From: Andalucia godoyi And28
Taxonomy: Eukaryota; Protista; Jakobida
Reading direction: 5' to 3'
Assembly (NCBI GenBank): GCA_009859145.1
Contig: VRVR01000040.1
Span: 120,460 to 184,459, forward strand
Length of the DNA stretch: 64,000 nucleotides
The stretch's first letter is position 1. Each line of letters opens with the position of its first letter. Below the pieces are notes generated by a model, which saw only the letters and a program-made list of their open reading frames with translations, did no database searches and was not told where the DNA came from. Shown piece after piece: positions 10,549 through 19,711 of this stretch. The position numbers were made by a program, and so were the translations under genes.

Positions 10549-10854
10549 TCAAACAGTATTATTCCGGTCGCCTTTTTTCATGCACGCCAGTCCATTGACA
10601 TTCTCGAAGTCCGTCCTGTCCGCCATGGCTGGATCGAGACATCGGAATGGTGTTGCCCTTTGAGCATCTATTTTGCTTCGGCCTGCCGGGTCCACGCCAT
10701 TCCGAATTGCATTCACATTTGGTTCGGATGTCAGCAATTGATTCGCCATGCGTCGTGTGCAATGCAGCCGAGGATGCGCAGTACCAACTAGGTGATTATA
10801 GAAGGTTACGATTTGCGCACCCCGATTGCGCACCTGCAAGTAGCATCGTTCCAT
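10549..10854 (-). CDS. Hypothetical 101-aa ORF, in frame with the glutaredoxin ORF
   Basis: ATG in A-rich context right after an AT-rich spacer; no recognisable motif. Confidence 0.3.
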   Translation of the reverse strand: MERCYLQVRNRGAQIVTFYNHLVGTAHPRLHCTRRMANQLLTSEPNVNAIRNGVDPAGRSKIDAQRATPFRCLDPAMADRTDFENVNGLACMKKGDRNNTV

Positions 10855-11015
10855 TTATTTATTATTATTTTTTTTAATTCATATATACAAATATAATTCT
10901 ATCCTCTGGCCTTAGTAAAGTGCATGTCCGCTCTCTGACTTCCTAGTCTAAACGCTTCTTTTTTTTTATTTCATCATATTTATTTCTTTGCTGGCGTTCA
11001 TTTTCCCTTTCCTCC

Positions 11016-11420
11016 TCAAGCACTTTTCGCCGGGGGGGTCGAAGCCGTGGACTGCGGTCGGTCGAGATATTCAATATAGCACATCGGAGCCGCATCGCCG
11101 GTTCTGAAGCCAGTCTTTACAATGCGAGTGTAGCCGCCATTTCTGTCCTTGAATCGGCTCGGGAACTCTGCGATGAGACGATCGACGACTTCACGCTCCG
11201 TAATGACTGCATGTGCGCGTCGGCGTGCCTCGACAAGGTCCGATCCCGAAAGCTTTGCAACAGTCACCATCTGATCTGCAACTCTACGAAGTTCCTTCGC
11301 CTTTGGAAGCGTCGTCGTAATCCGATCATGTTTCACAAGACTTGTCACCATGTTGCGCAACAACGCAAGCCGATGTGCAGAGGTTCTACCAAGCTTACGA
11401 AACGATATTCCGTGATACAT
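11016..11420 (-). CDS. MRPL17: Mitochondrial (bacterial-type) ribosomal protein bL17
   Basis: RKLGRTSAHRLALLRNMVTSLVKHDRITTTLPKAKELRR and RFKDRNGGYTRI...RTGDAAPMCYIE. Confidence 0.93.
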   Translation of the reverse strand: MYHGISFRKLGRTSAHRLALLRNMVTSLVKHDRITTTLPKAKELRRVADQMVTVAKLSGSDLVEARRRAHAVITEREVVDRLIAEFPSRFKDRNGGYTRIVKTGFRTGDAAPMCYIEYLDRPQSTASTPPAKSA

Positions 11421-11731
11421 CTTGTGTTTTCCCTCTTCCCTTCTTTTTGTTTTCTTTTTCTTTTTCTTTTCTACTTTAAATTAACAGGTTGGCCTTTTTG
11501 TTGGCGCTGACGTGAAAAGGATCCAAGAATGTCAAGTCCCAGTAAGCCAACAGAGAAAGGACAAGCACGCAAAACATAACCACATGGATTGGATCCGCGG
11601 ATTAAAGAATGGGAAAACGGCCCTGATTGATGCTGTGATGCTAAATTAAAAACGGGGATCACCCGCCAAACAGGACAACACACAAATTGCGGAATAGCAC
11701 ACATTTCTTCCTCTCTTATTGCGTGTGTGCT

Positions 11732-11734
<3 letters not shown>

Positions 11735-11778
<44 letters not shown>
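11735..11778. repeat. (GT)22 microsatellite
   Basis: Read directly; about 50 bp upstream of the ATG at 11826. Confidence 0.95.
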
Positions 11779-11782
<4 letters not shown>

Positions 11783-11825
11783 TTTAATTCGAAAAAAAGA
11801 AGAAGAGAGGTTTCAGAAGGTCAAA

Positions 11826-12395
11826 ATGTCTGAAGATGACGCTGCTTTTCGATCTCAGTTTGACCGGTCTTCTGAAGATTTCCACAATGGAACGCCGACG
11901 CCAGTTCCGGTTGGTGGCCAGCGAGTTCCCGAAACCATGCAGGCGCATGCAAATTGGCAGTCGATGCCGATTGTCGAGCAGACACCGGAGAATTGGGGTC
12001 CGGAGCACGATCGGTTGATGAAGCTTCGAAATGATCTTGGAGATCTGAAAAAGACTATTTCTGCGCTTGGAATTCCCGTGGAAGGTTGCGCAAAGGCTCG
12101 GCAATCAGGTGCCCCCGAAGACGTTTTGATGGAACTGCAAGCGAAAAGAGACACTGCAATTGCGAACATGGTCGCTATGAAACCGGTCTTTGAAGGGACG
12201 GAGTACAGCCAGAAATGCAACGTCATTGATACTATTGCAAAGGAGGCCGTCGAAGCACAGGATTTGGAACAAGAACAGTATCTCAATTACATGATGCGAA
12301 TTAAGCAACATACGACAAAGATCTTTGGAGAACAAAAGACGTTGCTTGAACAGATCAAGGCGGAAAAGAAGCGCGTTCAGGCTGAAAGAGCATAA
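11826..12395 (+). CDS. Hypothetical coiled-coil protein (189 aa)
   Basis: Natural-looking, charge-rich helical sequence with ATG in AAAATG context. The track's upstream extension is microsatellite-derived. Confidence 0.7.
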   Translation: MSEDDAAFRSQFDRSSEDFHNGTPTPVPVGGQRVPETMQAHANWQSMPIVEQTPENWGPEHDRLMKLRNDLGDLKKTISALGIPVEGCAKARQSGAPEDVLMELQAKRDTAIANMVAMKPVFEGTEYSQKCNVIDTIAKEAVEAQDLEQEQYLNYMMRIKQHTTKIFGEQKTLLEQIKAEKKRVQAERA

Positions 12396-12626
12396 TCCGC
12401 GGAGACGTGGGCAGGATGCTTCCTCGTCTTCTCTCCGCGAAAAGTGGGGGGGAGGTTTGGTTTTTTATGCTGCTGCATTATGGACTGTCATATTTCTTTT
12501 TTTTCTTTATTAAAATAAAAAATAAAAAGATTAAAAAAAGAAAAGAAATTACGTAAGAGATACAGACACACTAGTAACGTTTCCTTTGACGCAACGCTCT
12601 TGTAAAATGCTATTTTCCTGCTGCGG

Positions 12627-15600
12627 TTAGATCGAGTAGGAATCAATGGGAGGATCTGCTCGCAGCATGGCACCGCAGAAGATGTCATCGGCGATGTTTC
12701 GGCACGCGCGGATCGCACGATAAACCGGATCGAACTTAGCCAGCAGCTCGATTGTCTTTGCGTATCCGTTCTGCAGAAGAGCTGACGGGTACCAACGGAC
12801 ACACGTACCGGACACGATTACAACAGTCGCTGCTCCAGATTCGTGCAACAGAAATGAGTCCACACGAACTGGGTGATGTGACGATAGGAAACGGAATCGA
12901 TCGCTTAGGAGGCAGTACACGGCAAGACTGGTTTCCGCAGCATCCGCAAACAGATAGTCGACCCGGGGTAGAAGGGCATCCGATTGGAAAGGAAGCTCGT
13001 GGGGAATAGGAATCATTGCGAGACCGTGTTGGGCCGCTCGACGCCCAAACGAACGCACAAGTTCTTCGACGATCATGCCCGTGCAGACCAGCCACTCAAC
13101 ATTGAGAAGAAACAGCGCGTCCAAACTGCAAATCGAGGAACAAGATAGAGTGATCCACTCGTAACGAGAAGACTGGACGTTCTGAGGCTCAAGAACGACC
13201 TCACATATTTTGGTGCGCTTTCGGGATGCAATCTCAACAGGACACAGGAGAGAATTCGTCGATCGACAAGCGACAAGAGAACTGTACAGACCAAGCTCCG
13301 CAGACAACGGAGGTTTTGAGAATCCCTCGGCAATCTTAACGCTTCGACTGGTCACGCCGTCCAAAAACTTCTGGAGATTCACAAGCCGCTTCTTCAGCTC
13401 TTCTTCCGCTGCTGAAGGAGAAGGAAGAGACTGAAACACCGACCACGACGGTAAACTAAACGACGGCTTGTCGGTGGGGAAAAGAGCAAATCGGACACGT
13501 CGAAATCGAATATTTTCTGTCAACGTCAGGTCGTTGCCGCAAACAAGAGCATCCATCGAGTTCCAATTGTAGTTTGCAGCGGCGGTCTGGGGAGAGTTCC
13601 AGGACCACTGCCGCGGATCAAACGACTCTGTCATGGGGTTCCAGACATAGCCACTTGCAGTCCAGGCAGGGATCTTGTCCTCATTTTCTGCACGATAAAT
13701 CTTGATAATAATGTAGTCATTGACGGGATCGTATTCCAAGATGTGGTACTGCCCGCCTTTGGAAAGTCGGTATGTTGCGACAGGAGACTTCCGGGGCATG
13801 GCAGGTAGGGGTGTCGCACTGGATGGAGCAGACAAGATTGCCGGTTTGGACCGCGAACTTGCAGAGTGCACGGGGGAACTTTGGGTACTTGGTGATGGTG
13901 TCATGATGCTGCTTGGACTGCGAAGAACTTTGGAGCCAGAGTCTTGAATCGCAAGTGGAGTTTCCTTGTTTTCCGCAGAGACGGCAAGCTGAAATCCTTG
14001 ATGAAGACGCTGACAAACAAGCTCCCGCATTAAAACATCTGGCTTGTCCTCGTAAACTCCAGAACTTGTCAGCGTGTAATTATAAAAGAAGAACGTCTCG
14101 GATGACAAGTCCTTTTGCTCCGGAAAGAAAGCGGCAGTCAAAGGCATGATGGCAGGCTCGGAAAGGCTCTTCCACTTCAAGGACCCAGAGGATCTTTCTG
14201 GGTCTGGGAAAATATGAAACCACCGATGCCCTGATGACGCATCGGATTCGGGAATTATCCGTGGATCTTCTGCGTCACCACACTCAACCCCAGGGGCGGA
14301 AGGCTTAAACGGATCAAAAATCTTTGGCACCTGAAACAGCGCGGAGCTGCCTATCGCAACCCGCAACATCGAATGCCGCCTGGAGTTTGAACGCGGTCTC
14401 GATCGTGCCGTATGAGAACCTGAACCACCACCCCCTTCTATGGAGAATGACGAGCGATGAGAGTCGGCAGGGTGATCCATACCCCCAAAGGATGTGGACG
14501 ACTTCCGAATAGACCCAGAAGAAGAACCAAATAGCATCGGATCAAAATGCTCTCCCCCCACCCGAAGATCGTCCGATGACGACGAGAACGATGACGGGGC
14601 AAAGGCAAGCTCAGACGGCTTGCGAGACATTGTCGTTCGATTAAGAGAGTCGGTGCTGCCAGACAGACCGAGGGCAGCGGTCGGATACTCGGAGATGGGC
14701 ACCGAATCCTTGCGACTATCCTTGATCATCGCAGAAGGCAGAGACTGCTGTCTCGGCAGTGAGCTTAGCTTTGGCTGCAGATGCACGGCCGAGCACCGCC
14801 CAGCTATCATACGTATTTGCTGAATGTCCAATCGATTGGAACTTACCGGAACTTCAACAGGCCACACAAACTGCGCGTCCACTTCAAGCTTTGGCAGTGG
14901 CGTCAACTCTCGTTGGTTGTCAAGGAACATTGTCTGAATAAACCGCGGGATGTCGAATCGAATACGAGAGGAGGAGGATGCTTGCTGTTCATCGGCAGAG
15001 GACGCAGCGGCGGACGGGTCCGTGGTAATGCGAAACAGCGGTACGGAATGATAGGGACGAGCTGCAAGAGAAACGAGATCCACTGCGCAACCGACGTCCG
15101 CCATCCTCTGATCGGTAAGGGACGCAAGAGATTCGTCCACATCGAAAATGCCTTGTCCAGCTGTGATTGTCACAATTGCCTGACCGGTTCTATTGAGATC
15201 TCGATCAATGTAGTGTTTGTGAAACGCATCAACGGAGAGATTCAAGGCTTCAAGGAAGTTGCCGTACTGTGCTCGAACAATGCGGTCGCACACTCCTCTC
15301 GAGGACTTTGACATCGAAGATTGGCGTCGCGAGGCAACTCCAGACGACGCAAAGGGACTCCATCCAACAAGGGCCGGAAACGAAAGAATTTCAGAGCGAA
15401 TCTGAACGACGAGCTCTTCCGGTTTGATTCTAGTTAACCGATCTGCAATAATTTTGTATTCATCGCGAAGAACACGCTTCATCTGCTTTGGGTGACTGTT
15501 GCCTTCGCTCCTGTTCGACGACAAACCTGCACTCTCGTCTTCCGGGACATACGACTCCACTCGAGCGAAGAGGATGATGGTCACCTTATGATTGGTACCC

Positions 15601-16232
15601 ATTGTAACCCACCGGGTGAACATGTCTCGTAGCAGCACGTTACACAGCTTTTCGTAATAAATATCTCCATCTGGGGCGTATTCCCACAATTCCGCACTGA
15701 GCTGGATAAGGACAAAAAAATTCGCAGACCGCGATCTAAAGGTGCACTTCGTTGCGGCAGTGATGATACCAGAGGACACCAGTTCGCTGTTCCGCATCAT
15801 TTCACGAACGACAGCACGCATTCCAGCAAATGAGAATTCTCGATTGCGAAACGCAGGCGATCCCGTAAGGGAGGAAGTAAACCGCCACATATCCGAGCGC
15901 GAAATGAACTGGTCGCGAAAGGTAAGCTCCACATAATCCAACGCAACATCATCGAATTCGGACTTTGCCGACATCAATCGAACCGTCACCGATTGTCTAT
16001 TTTGAATTCCAAACGAATCTGCAATGGTTTTTTGGATGGAAAGCTGCATGTTGGACTTTGAAGCAGCAAGAAACGACGTGGATGTTGGCCGCAACAAAAT
16101 CGATGCTTCAATTTCCAGCAAAAAGTCCTCTGGATGCGATATCATCTCTGGAAACAAATCCGGACTGATCAGAATATCCTCTGGAGAAAACTTGTCATTG
16201 TGAACGGACACCAGCGTCGCCACAAGCGACAT
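12627..16232 (-). CDS. DEPDC5: GATOR1 subunit DEPDC5/IML1
   Basis: VELTFRDQFISRSDMWRF, FRSRSANFFVLIQLSAELWEY...GDIYYEK, GNFLEALNL...YIDRDLNRTGQAIVTITAGQGIFDV, MRELVCQRLHQGFQL, NYNWNSMDALVCG, C-terminal EW...VEWLVCTG. Confidence 0.93.
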   Translation of the reverse strand: MSLVATLVSVHNDKFSPEDILISPDLFPEMISHPEDFLLEIEASILLRPTSTSFLAASKSNMQLSIQKTIADSFGIQNRQSVTVRLMSAKSEFDDVALDYVELTFRDQFISRSDMWRFTSSLTGSPAFRNREFSFAGMRAVVREMMRNSELVSSGIITAATKCTFRSRSANFFVLIQLSAELWEYAPDGDIYYEKLCNVLLRDMFTRWVTMGTNHKVTIILFARVESYVPEDESAGLSSNRSEGNSHPKQMKRVLRDEYKIIADRLTRIKPEELVVQIRSEILSFPALVGWSPFASSGVASRRQSSMSKSSRGVCDRIVRAQYGNFLEALNLSVDAFHKHYIDRDLNRTGQAIVTITAGQGIFDVDESLASLTDQRMADVGCAVDLVSLAARPYHSVPLFRITTDPSAAASSADEQQASSSSRIRFDIPRFIQTMFLDNQRELTPLPKLEVDAQFVWPVEVPVSSNRLDIQQIRMIAGRCSAVHLQPKLSSLPRQQSLPSAMIKDSRKDSVPISEYPTAALGLSGSTDSLNRTTMSRKPSELAFAPSSFSSSSDDLRVGGEHFDPMLFGSSSGSIRKSSTSFGGMDHPADSHRSSFSIEGGGGSGSHTARSRPRSNSRRHSMLRVAIGSSALFQVPKIFDPFKPSAPGVECGDAEDPRIIPESDASSGHRWFHIFPDPERSSGSLKWKSLSEPAIMPLTAAFFPEQKDLSSETFFFYNYTLTSSGVYEDKPDVLMRELVCQRLHQGFQLAVSAENKETPLAIQDSGSKVLRSPSSIMTPSPSTQSSPVHSASSRSKPAILSAPSSATPLPAMPRKSPVATYRLSKGGQYHILEYDPVNDYIIIKIYRAENEDKIPAWTASGYVWNPMTESFDPRQWSWNSPQTAAANYNWNSMDALVCGNDLTLTENIRFRRVRFALFPTDKPSFSLPSWSVFQSLPSPSAAEEELKKRLVNLQKFLDGVTSRSVKIAEGFSKPPLSAELGLYSSLVACRSTNSLLCPVEIASRKRTKICEVVLEPQNVQSSRYEWITLSCSSICSLDALFLLNVEWLVCTGMIVEELVRSFGRRAAQHGLAMIPIPHELPFQSDALLPRVDYLFADAAETSLAVYCLLSDRFRFLSSHHPVRVDSFLLHESGAATVVIVSGTCVRWYPSALLQNGYAKTIELLAKFDPVYRAIRACRNIADDIFCGAMLRADPPIDSYSI

Positions 16233-16236
16233 GATG

Positions 16237-16315
16237 AAGATGTTGTTATTGTTGCTATTGTTGCTGTTGTTGCTGCTGTTGCAGTTGTTGCTGCTGGCGG
16301 TGTCGCTGCTGAGGC
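16237..16315. repeat. Imperfect (TTG/CTG)n trinucleotide tract upstream of DEPDC5
   Basis: GTTGTTATTGTTGCTATTGTTGCTGTTGTTGCTGCTGTTGCAGTTGTTGCTGCTG; reads as CAA/CAG-rich on the DEPDC5 strand. Confidence 0.7.
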
Positions 16316-16559
16316 TGCGTTCCTATTCTTTCATGCAGCATAACAGTAAGAATATCACTGATGGACAACTTAGATGATTGTTTTTTGTCGTTCTCTTCTT
16401 CTGCGCTACACCCTGACACACTGCTCTCGTCCGAGCTGAGGATGCACGGAAAGAGAGAAAGAGAAAACAGACAGGCGCCTGTCGTTCCATCTACCACCAC
16501 TCACAGGGTTTTTGCCGGATTCGCTAGCATCAAAGCCGAGCAAAAAGACGCAGCAGCCG

Positions 16560-17021
16560 TCAATACTGGCCGGCACCAGCACGTTTTGTTTCACAGGCAC
16601 TCGTGCTTACGTGCGCTCGGCCAAAATTCAACCGGTGACACAGGCTCCGCATTTTCGACACTCCTTAACGCAGCATCCGTAGCCATCTATTCTATCATTC
16701 GTTGGTTCCACTTTTTGCAACGTTTGTTCCATAAGGCGACCGAGTATCGCGAGCGCCATGTTGCCATCGTGACGGAGGAGCACACGTCCAAAACGTGCGG
16801 GCGCTGCGGTGAGATCCATGCACGTCGAGGCGGAAGCAAAGTGTTTGCATGTCCCGCGTGCAGCTCGCAGATTGATCGAGATTGGGAACGGAGCGCGGAA
16901 CATCTATCTGAAGAGTGCCGTGAGGCGTGTTGGGGGCCTATCCGCTTCCCGACAACGGGATGCAAGATTGAATATGCATGTCTATTCGTAGGTATGCAAC
17001 ATGTTCAGTGTATAGTGTAGG
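16560..17021 (+). mobile_element. Non-autonomous Fanzor/TnpB-derived element, copy 1
   Basis: Encodes FLQRLFHKATEYRERHVAIVTEEHTSKTCGRCGEIHARRGGSKVFACPACSSQIDRDW, then after one extra G (16886) NGARNIYLK. These are the RuvC-II Glu, CxxC...CxxC zinc ribbon and RuvC-III DRDxNGARNI. RuvC-I and the N-terminus are absent. Boundaries come from alignment with copy 2. Confidence 0.85.
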
Positions 17022-18391
17022 CGTTCTTTGTGTTGTGCGCATCGTCGTCGTCGTTGTCGTCTTCATGATGATCTTCTTCTTCCATCCCATCCGACGCATC
17101 CTCCTGTCCGACGCAGCCACTGCGGCCGTTCAGAGCTCGGCACACGCAAAAACGAATGCCCAGTGCAGCGTTCCCGTCCCCGTAAGACGAACCGACATTT
17201 GCAACGTCACGTATCCTGCTTGTTTCCATCAATCAATCAATGCATTCCATTCGTGTTAATATGCATGGATGCAGAGTTCGGGATCCCTCGTCTGTGAAGC
17301 GGGAGCATTCATGAAGCTCATGCCTGCAAGAACCAAAGAGTCAAAGAAAGGAGCGCCGGTGAAATACGAAAAAGAATGGGTGGGGGGAAGGAAGATTCCG
17401 ACAGCAGCCTCGACGGAAGCTTTTCGTCTGCGGTGTGTCGGCATCGCCAGCGTGAAAGATTCAAACTTCTTTTGGGCAAATCATTGTTTGTTTGTTTGGT
17501 TGGTTGTTTTTAGTTGTGGAGGCGGGGGGGGGGGGGTGGGCTTGGGCAAAGTAAACCGACAAGAGTGAGTGGGTGGGCACCGCTAGTCCGCCACCCTCTG
17601 GTCCAGTATGAAGCCGGGTCCTCAGACAAAATGGTAGAATTAAAATAAAGTAAAATATGATCCTGCTATCGATCACCGGTGATTCGCGCTCTGGTAAACC
17701 CGGTGCTCAAGCATGTCGATGGTTCTATGCGCGTTGGGGAAAGGAAGGCAATTATAGGAGTGACCGACGTTTTATTGAAAATGAAACAGACACGAAAAAA
17801 CTCTACGAAAATCAGATCGGTGAGAACGTAATTTCACACACACACACACGCTGGACAAGATTCGCTTGCAAAAAGCAACCCTCAGATGGCCATTCTTTTA
17901 TGACTCTTCACACAGGATCGAGAAGTTAAAAAGGGTGGTAAAAGTGTTTTCCTCCTTGGAAGCTTCTGCAAGACGCACGCTGAACCAGACGACGATGAAG
18001 AAGAAGAAGAAACAAGAATCTCTTTTTTTAAATGAATCGCATACCTTCTTGGTCAAGCCATCTTTCGGCGCCACAGAAATGAAAACACAAGAAGAAACAA
18101 GACATAAACGAAAAGAACAAAGGAAACGGACGGTCAAAGAGGCGCGAATATTTTCGTCTGGCTCTTGATGACTTGATGACTTGATACAAAGGTGGGCCGT
18201 GAACTTGATTTTGCTTCGAATTTTATTTTTCTGCGATCCTTAATTTCTTTTGATTTTTAATAATTTTTTTTCGTTTTTTTTTCTTTTTTGTTCAGACTGC
18301 AGGAGTTTTTCAGCTAAACGGTTGGACTGGCAGCGGTGCGTGGTCCTTTTTTTCGAATTGTGCTTCGTTTGCGTAGATTCCAGTGTCCACA

Positions 18392-19651
18392 ATGGCAAAT
18401 AGGTTGGGAGATGTTTGCATATTTGGAGCTGGTGTTGTTGGCTCTACACTTGCATGTCTGTTGGGGCTCTCGCCGCGAACGCGACATTTGAAGATCACGC
18501 TCGTTGATCCAGCAATTCCCGCGATTTTGGCTGGGCATTCTTCAGTTCCAAAGCTTGGTTCGGTGCGCGTGTCTTCTATCAATCCATCTTCGAGAGCGGT
18601 GTTTGAATCTGTCCGAGTCTGGCCTGCATCCGACAGTGATCAGCCACGGAGCTTGCTTCGACCGTGTAATTTCACAAAAATGAGAGTGTTTGATTCCTCT
18701 TATCGCGGTGCTCTTGCGTTTGATGCAGAGGAAGGGAAATCTTTGGGAAGCATTGTGCACAACCATGCGTTGAACGCCGCTCTTTTGTCCGCTGTTCAGC
18801 TCCATTGCACCAATGTGACCCTCATGCCACACACAGATGGTCTTTTGGACTCCGTGTCACATTTTCGAAACGCATGCGCAGACGCTGGACTCGTGGTTGG
18901 AACGGATGGATCTGAATCTAAAGTAAGATCTCTTGCAGGAATCGGAAGAGTTTTGAAGGACTACGGACACCAAGCAGTGGTTTTCAATGTGCGATTGAAT
19001 GAGCAGTCGGATGTTGCTGCGCAGGTGTTCCGAAAGACAGGGCCGGTGGCATTGCTTCCTCTTCCTGATAAGCTGTCGAATGTGGTATGGAGCTTACCAG
19101 CACGGGAGGCACATGACTTGCTTCGTGTTTTGGGCTCGACGAGTTCAGCCGATGTTTTTCAGGTTCAAGACACTCTAAATGAAATGTTTGCTTCCAGACT
19201 CGGCATCTTTGTTGAAGAGATATTGGTAGAGGAAAAGGGGAGCTTTCCATTACGATCGAGCCATGTGAAATCATATTATGCGGGAAATGTTGTGCTTGCT
19301 GGAGATGCTGCGCACACAGTCCATCCCCTTGCGGGACAGGGTCTAAACATGGGAATTAGCGATGCAGTGGTGTTAGCCAAGTCCATTGTCGATACGGTTT
19401 CCGCTGGACTGGAGCTGGGCGATAATATGGTAGAGCTGGATACGTATCAGCGCAATCGATTTATTTCAAACGGTAAGATGATGGTCGCAATGGAAGGCAT
19501 CAAAAGCTTGTTCGAAGTGGATAACGATGTCTTCCGTGAGATTCGGGCTGCTGGAATGAACTTCTTTAGGAACTCCTCGTTTCTCTCGCGACAAGCAGTG
19601 AGTTTTGCTTCTGGAGAAGACTTGCCGTTGAGCGATATGCACATTCCCTAG
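18392..19651 (+). CDS. COQ6: Ubiquinone biosynthesis FAD-dependent monooxygenase COQ6/UbiH family
   Basis: DVCIFGAGVVG FAD motif, RVSSINPSS, LVVGTDGSES, VVLAGDAAHTVHPLAGQGLNMGISDA. Confidence 0.88.
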   Translation: MANRLGDVCIFGAGVVGSTLACLLGLSPRTRHLKITLVDPAIPAILAGHSSVPKLGSVRVSSINPSSRAVFESVRVWPASDSDQPRSLLRPCNFTKMRVFDSSYRGALAFDAEEGKSLGSIVHNHALNAALLSAVQLHCTNVTLMPHTDGLLDSVSHFRNACADAGLVVGTDGSESKVRSLAGIGRVLKDYGHQAVVFNVRLNEQSDVAAQVFRKTGPVALLPLPDKLSNVVWSLPAREAHDLLRVLGSTSSADVFQVQDTLNEMFASRLGIFVEEILVEEKGSFPLRSSHVKSYYAGNVVLAGDAAHTVHPLAGQGLNMGISDAVVLAKSIVDTVSAGLELGDNMVELDTYQRNRFISNGKMMVAMEGIKSLFEVDNDVFREIRAAGMNFFRNSSFLSRQAVSFASGEDLPLSDMHIP

Positions 19652-19711
19652 TTGGCACTTTTTATTTTTTGTTCTTTGTTCTTTGTTTCCCCTGTTTACC
19701 GATTCAAACCA

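Noticed and set aside
17519-17546. Long G tract with G-quadruplex potential (also 30027-30038)
   Set aside because: Simple homopolymer runs of uncertain length in a genome rich in simple repeats; there is no evidence of function.
17657-17929. ORF starting MILLSITGDSRSGK, resembling a P-loop
   Set aside because: GK is followed by Pro rather than Ser/Thr, there are no later NTPase motifs, and it runs into simple repeats.
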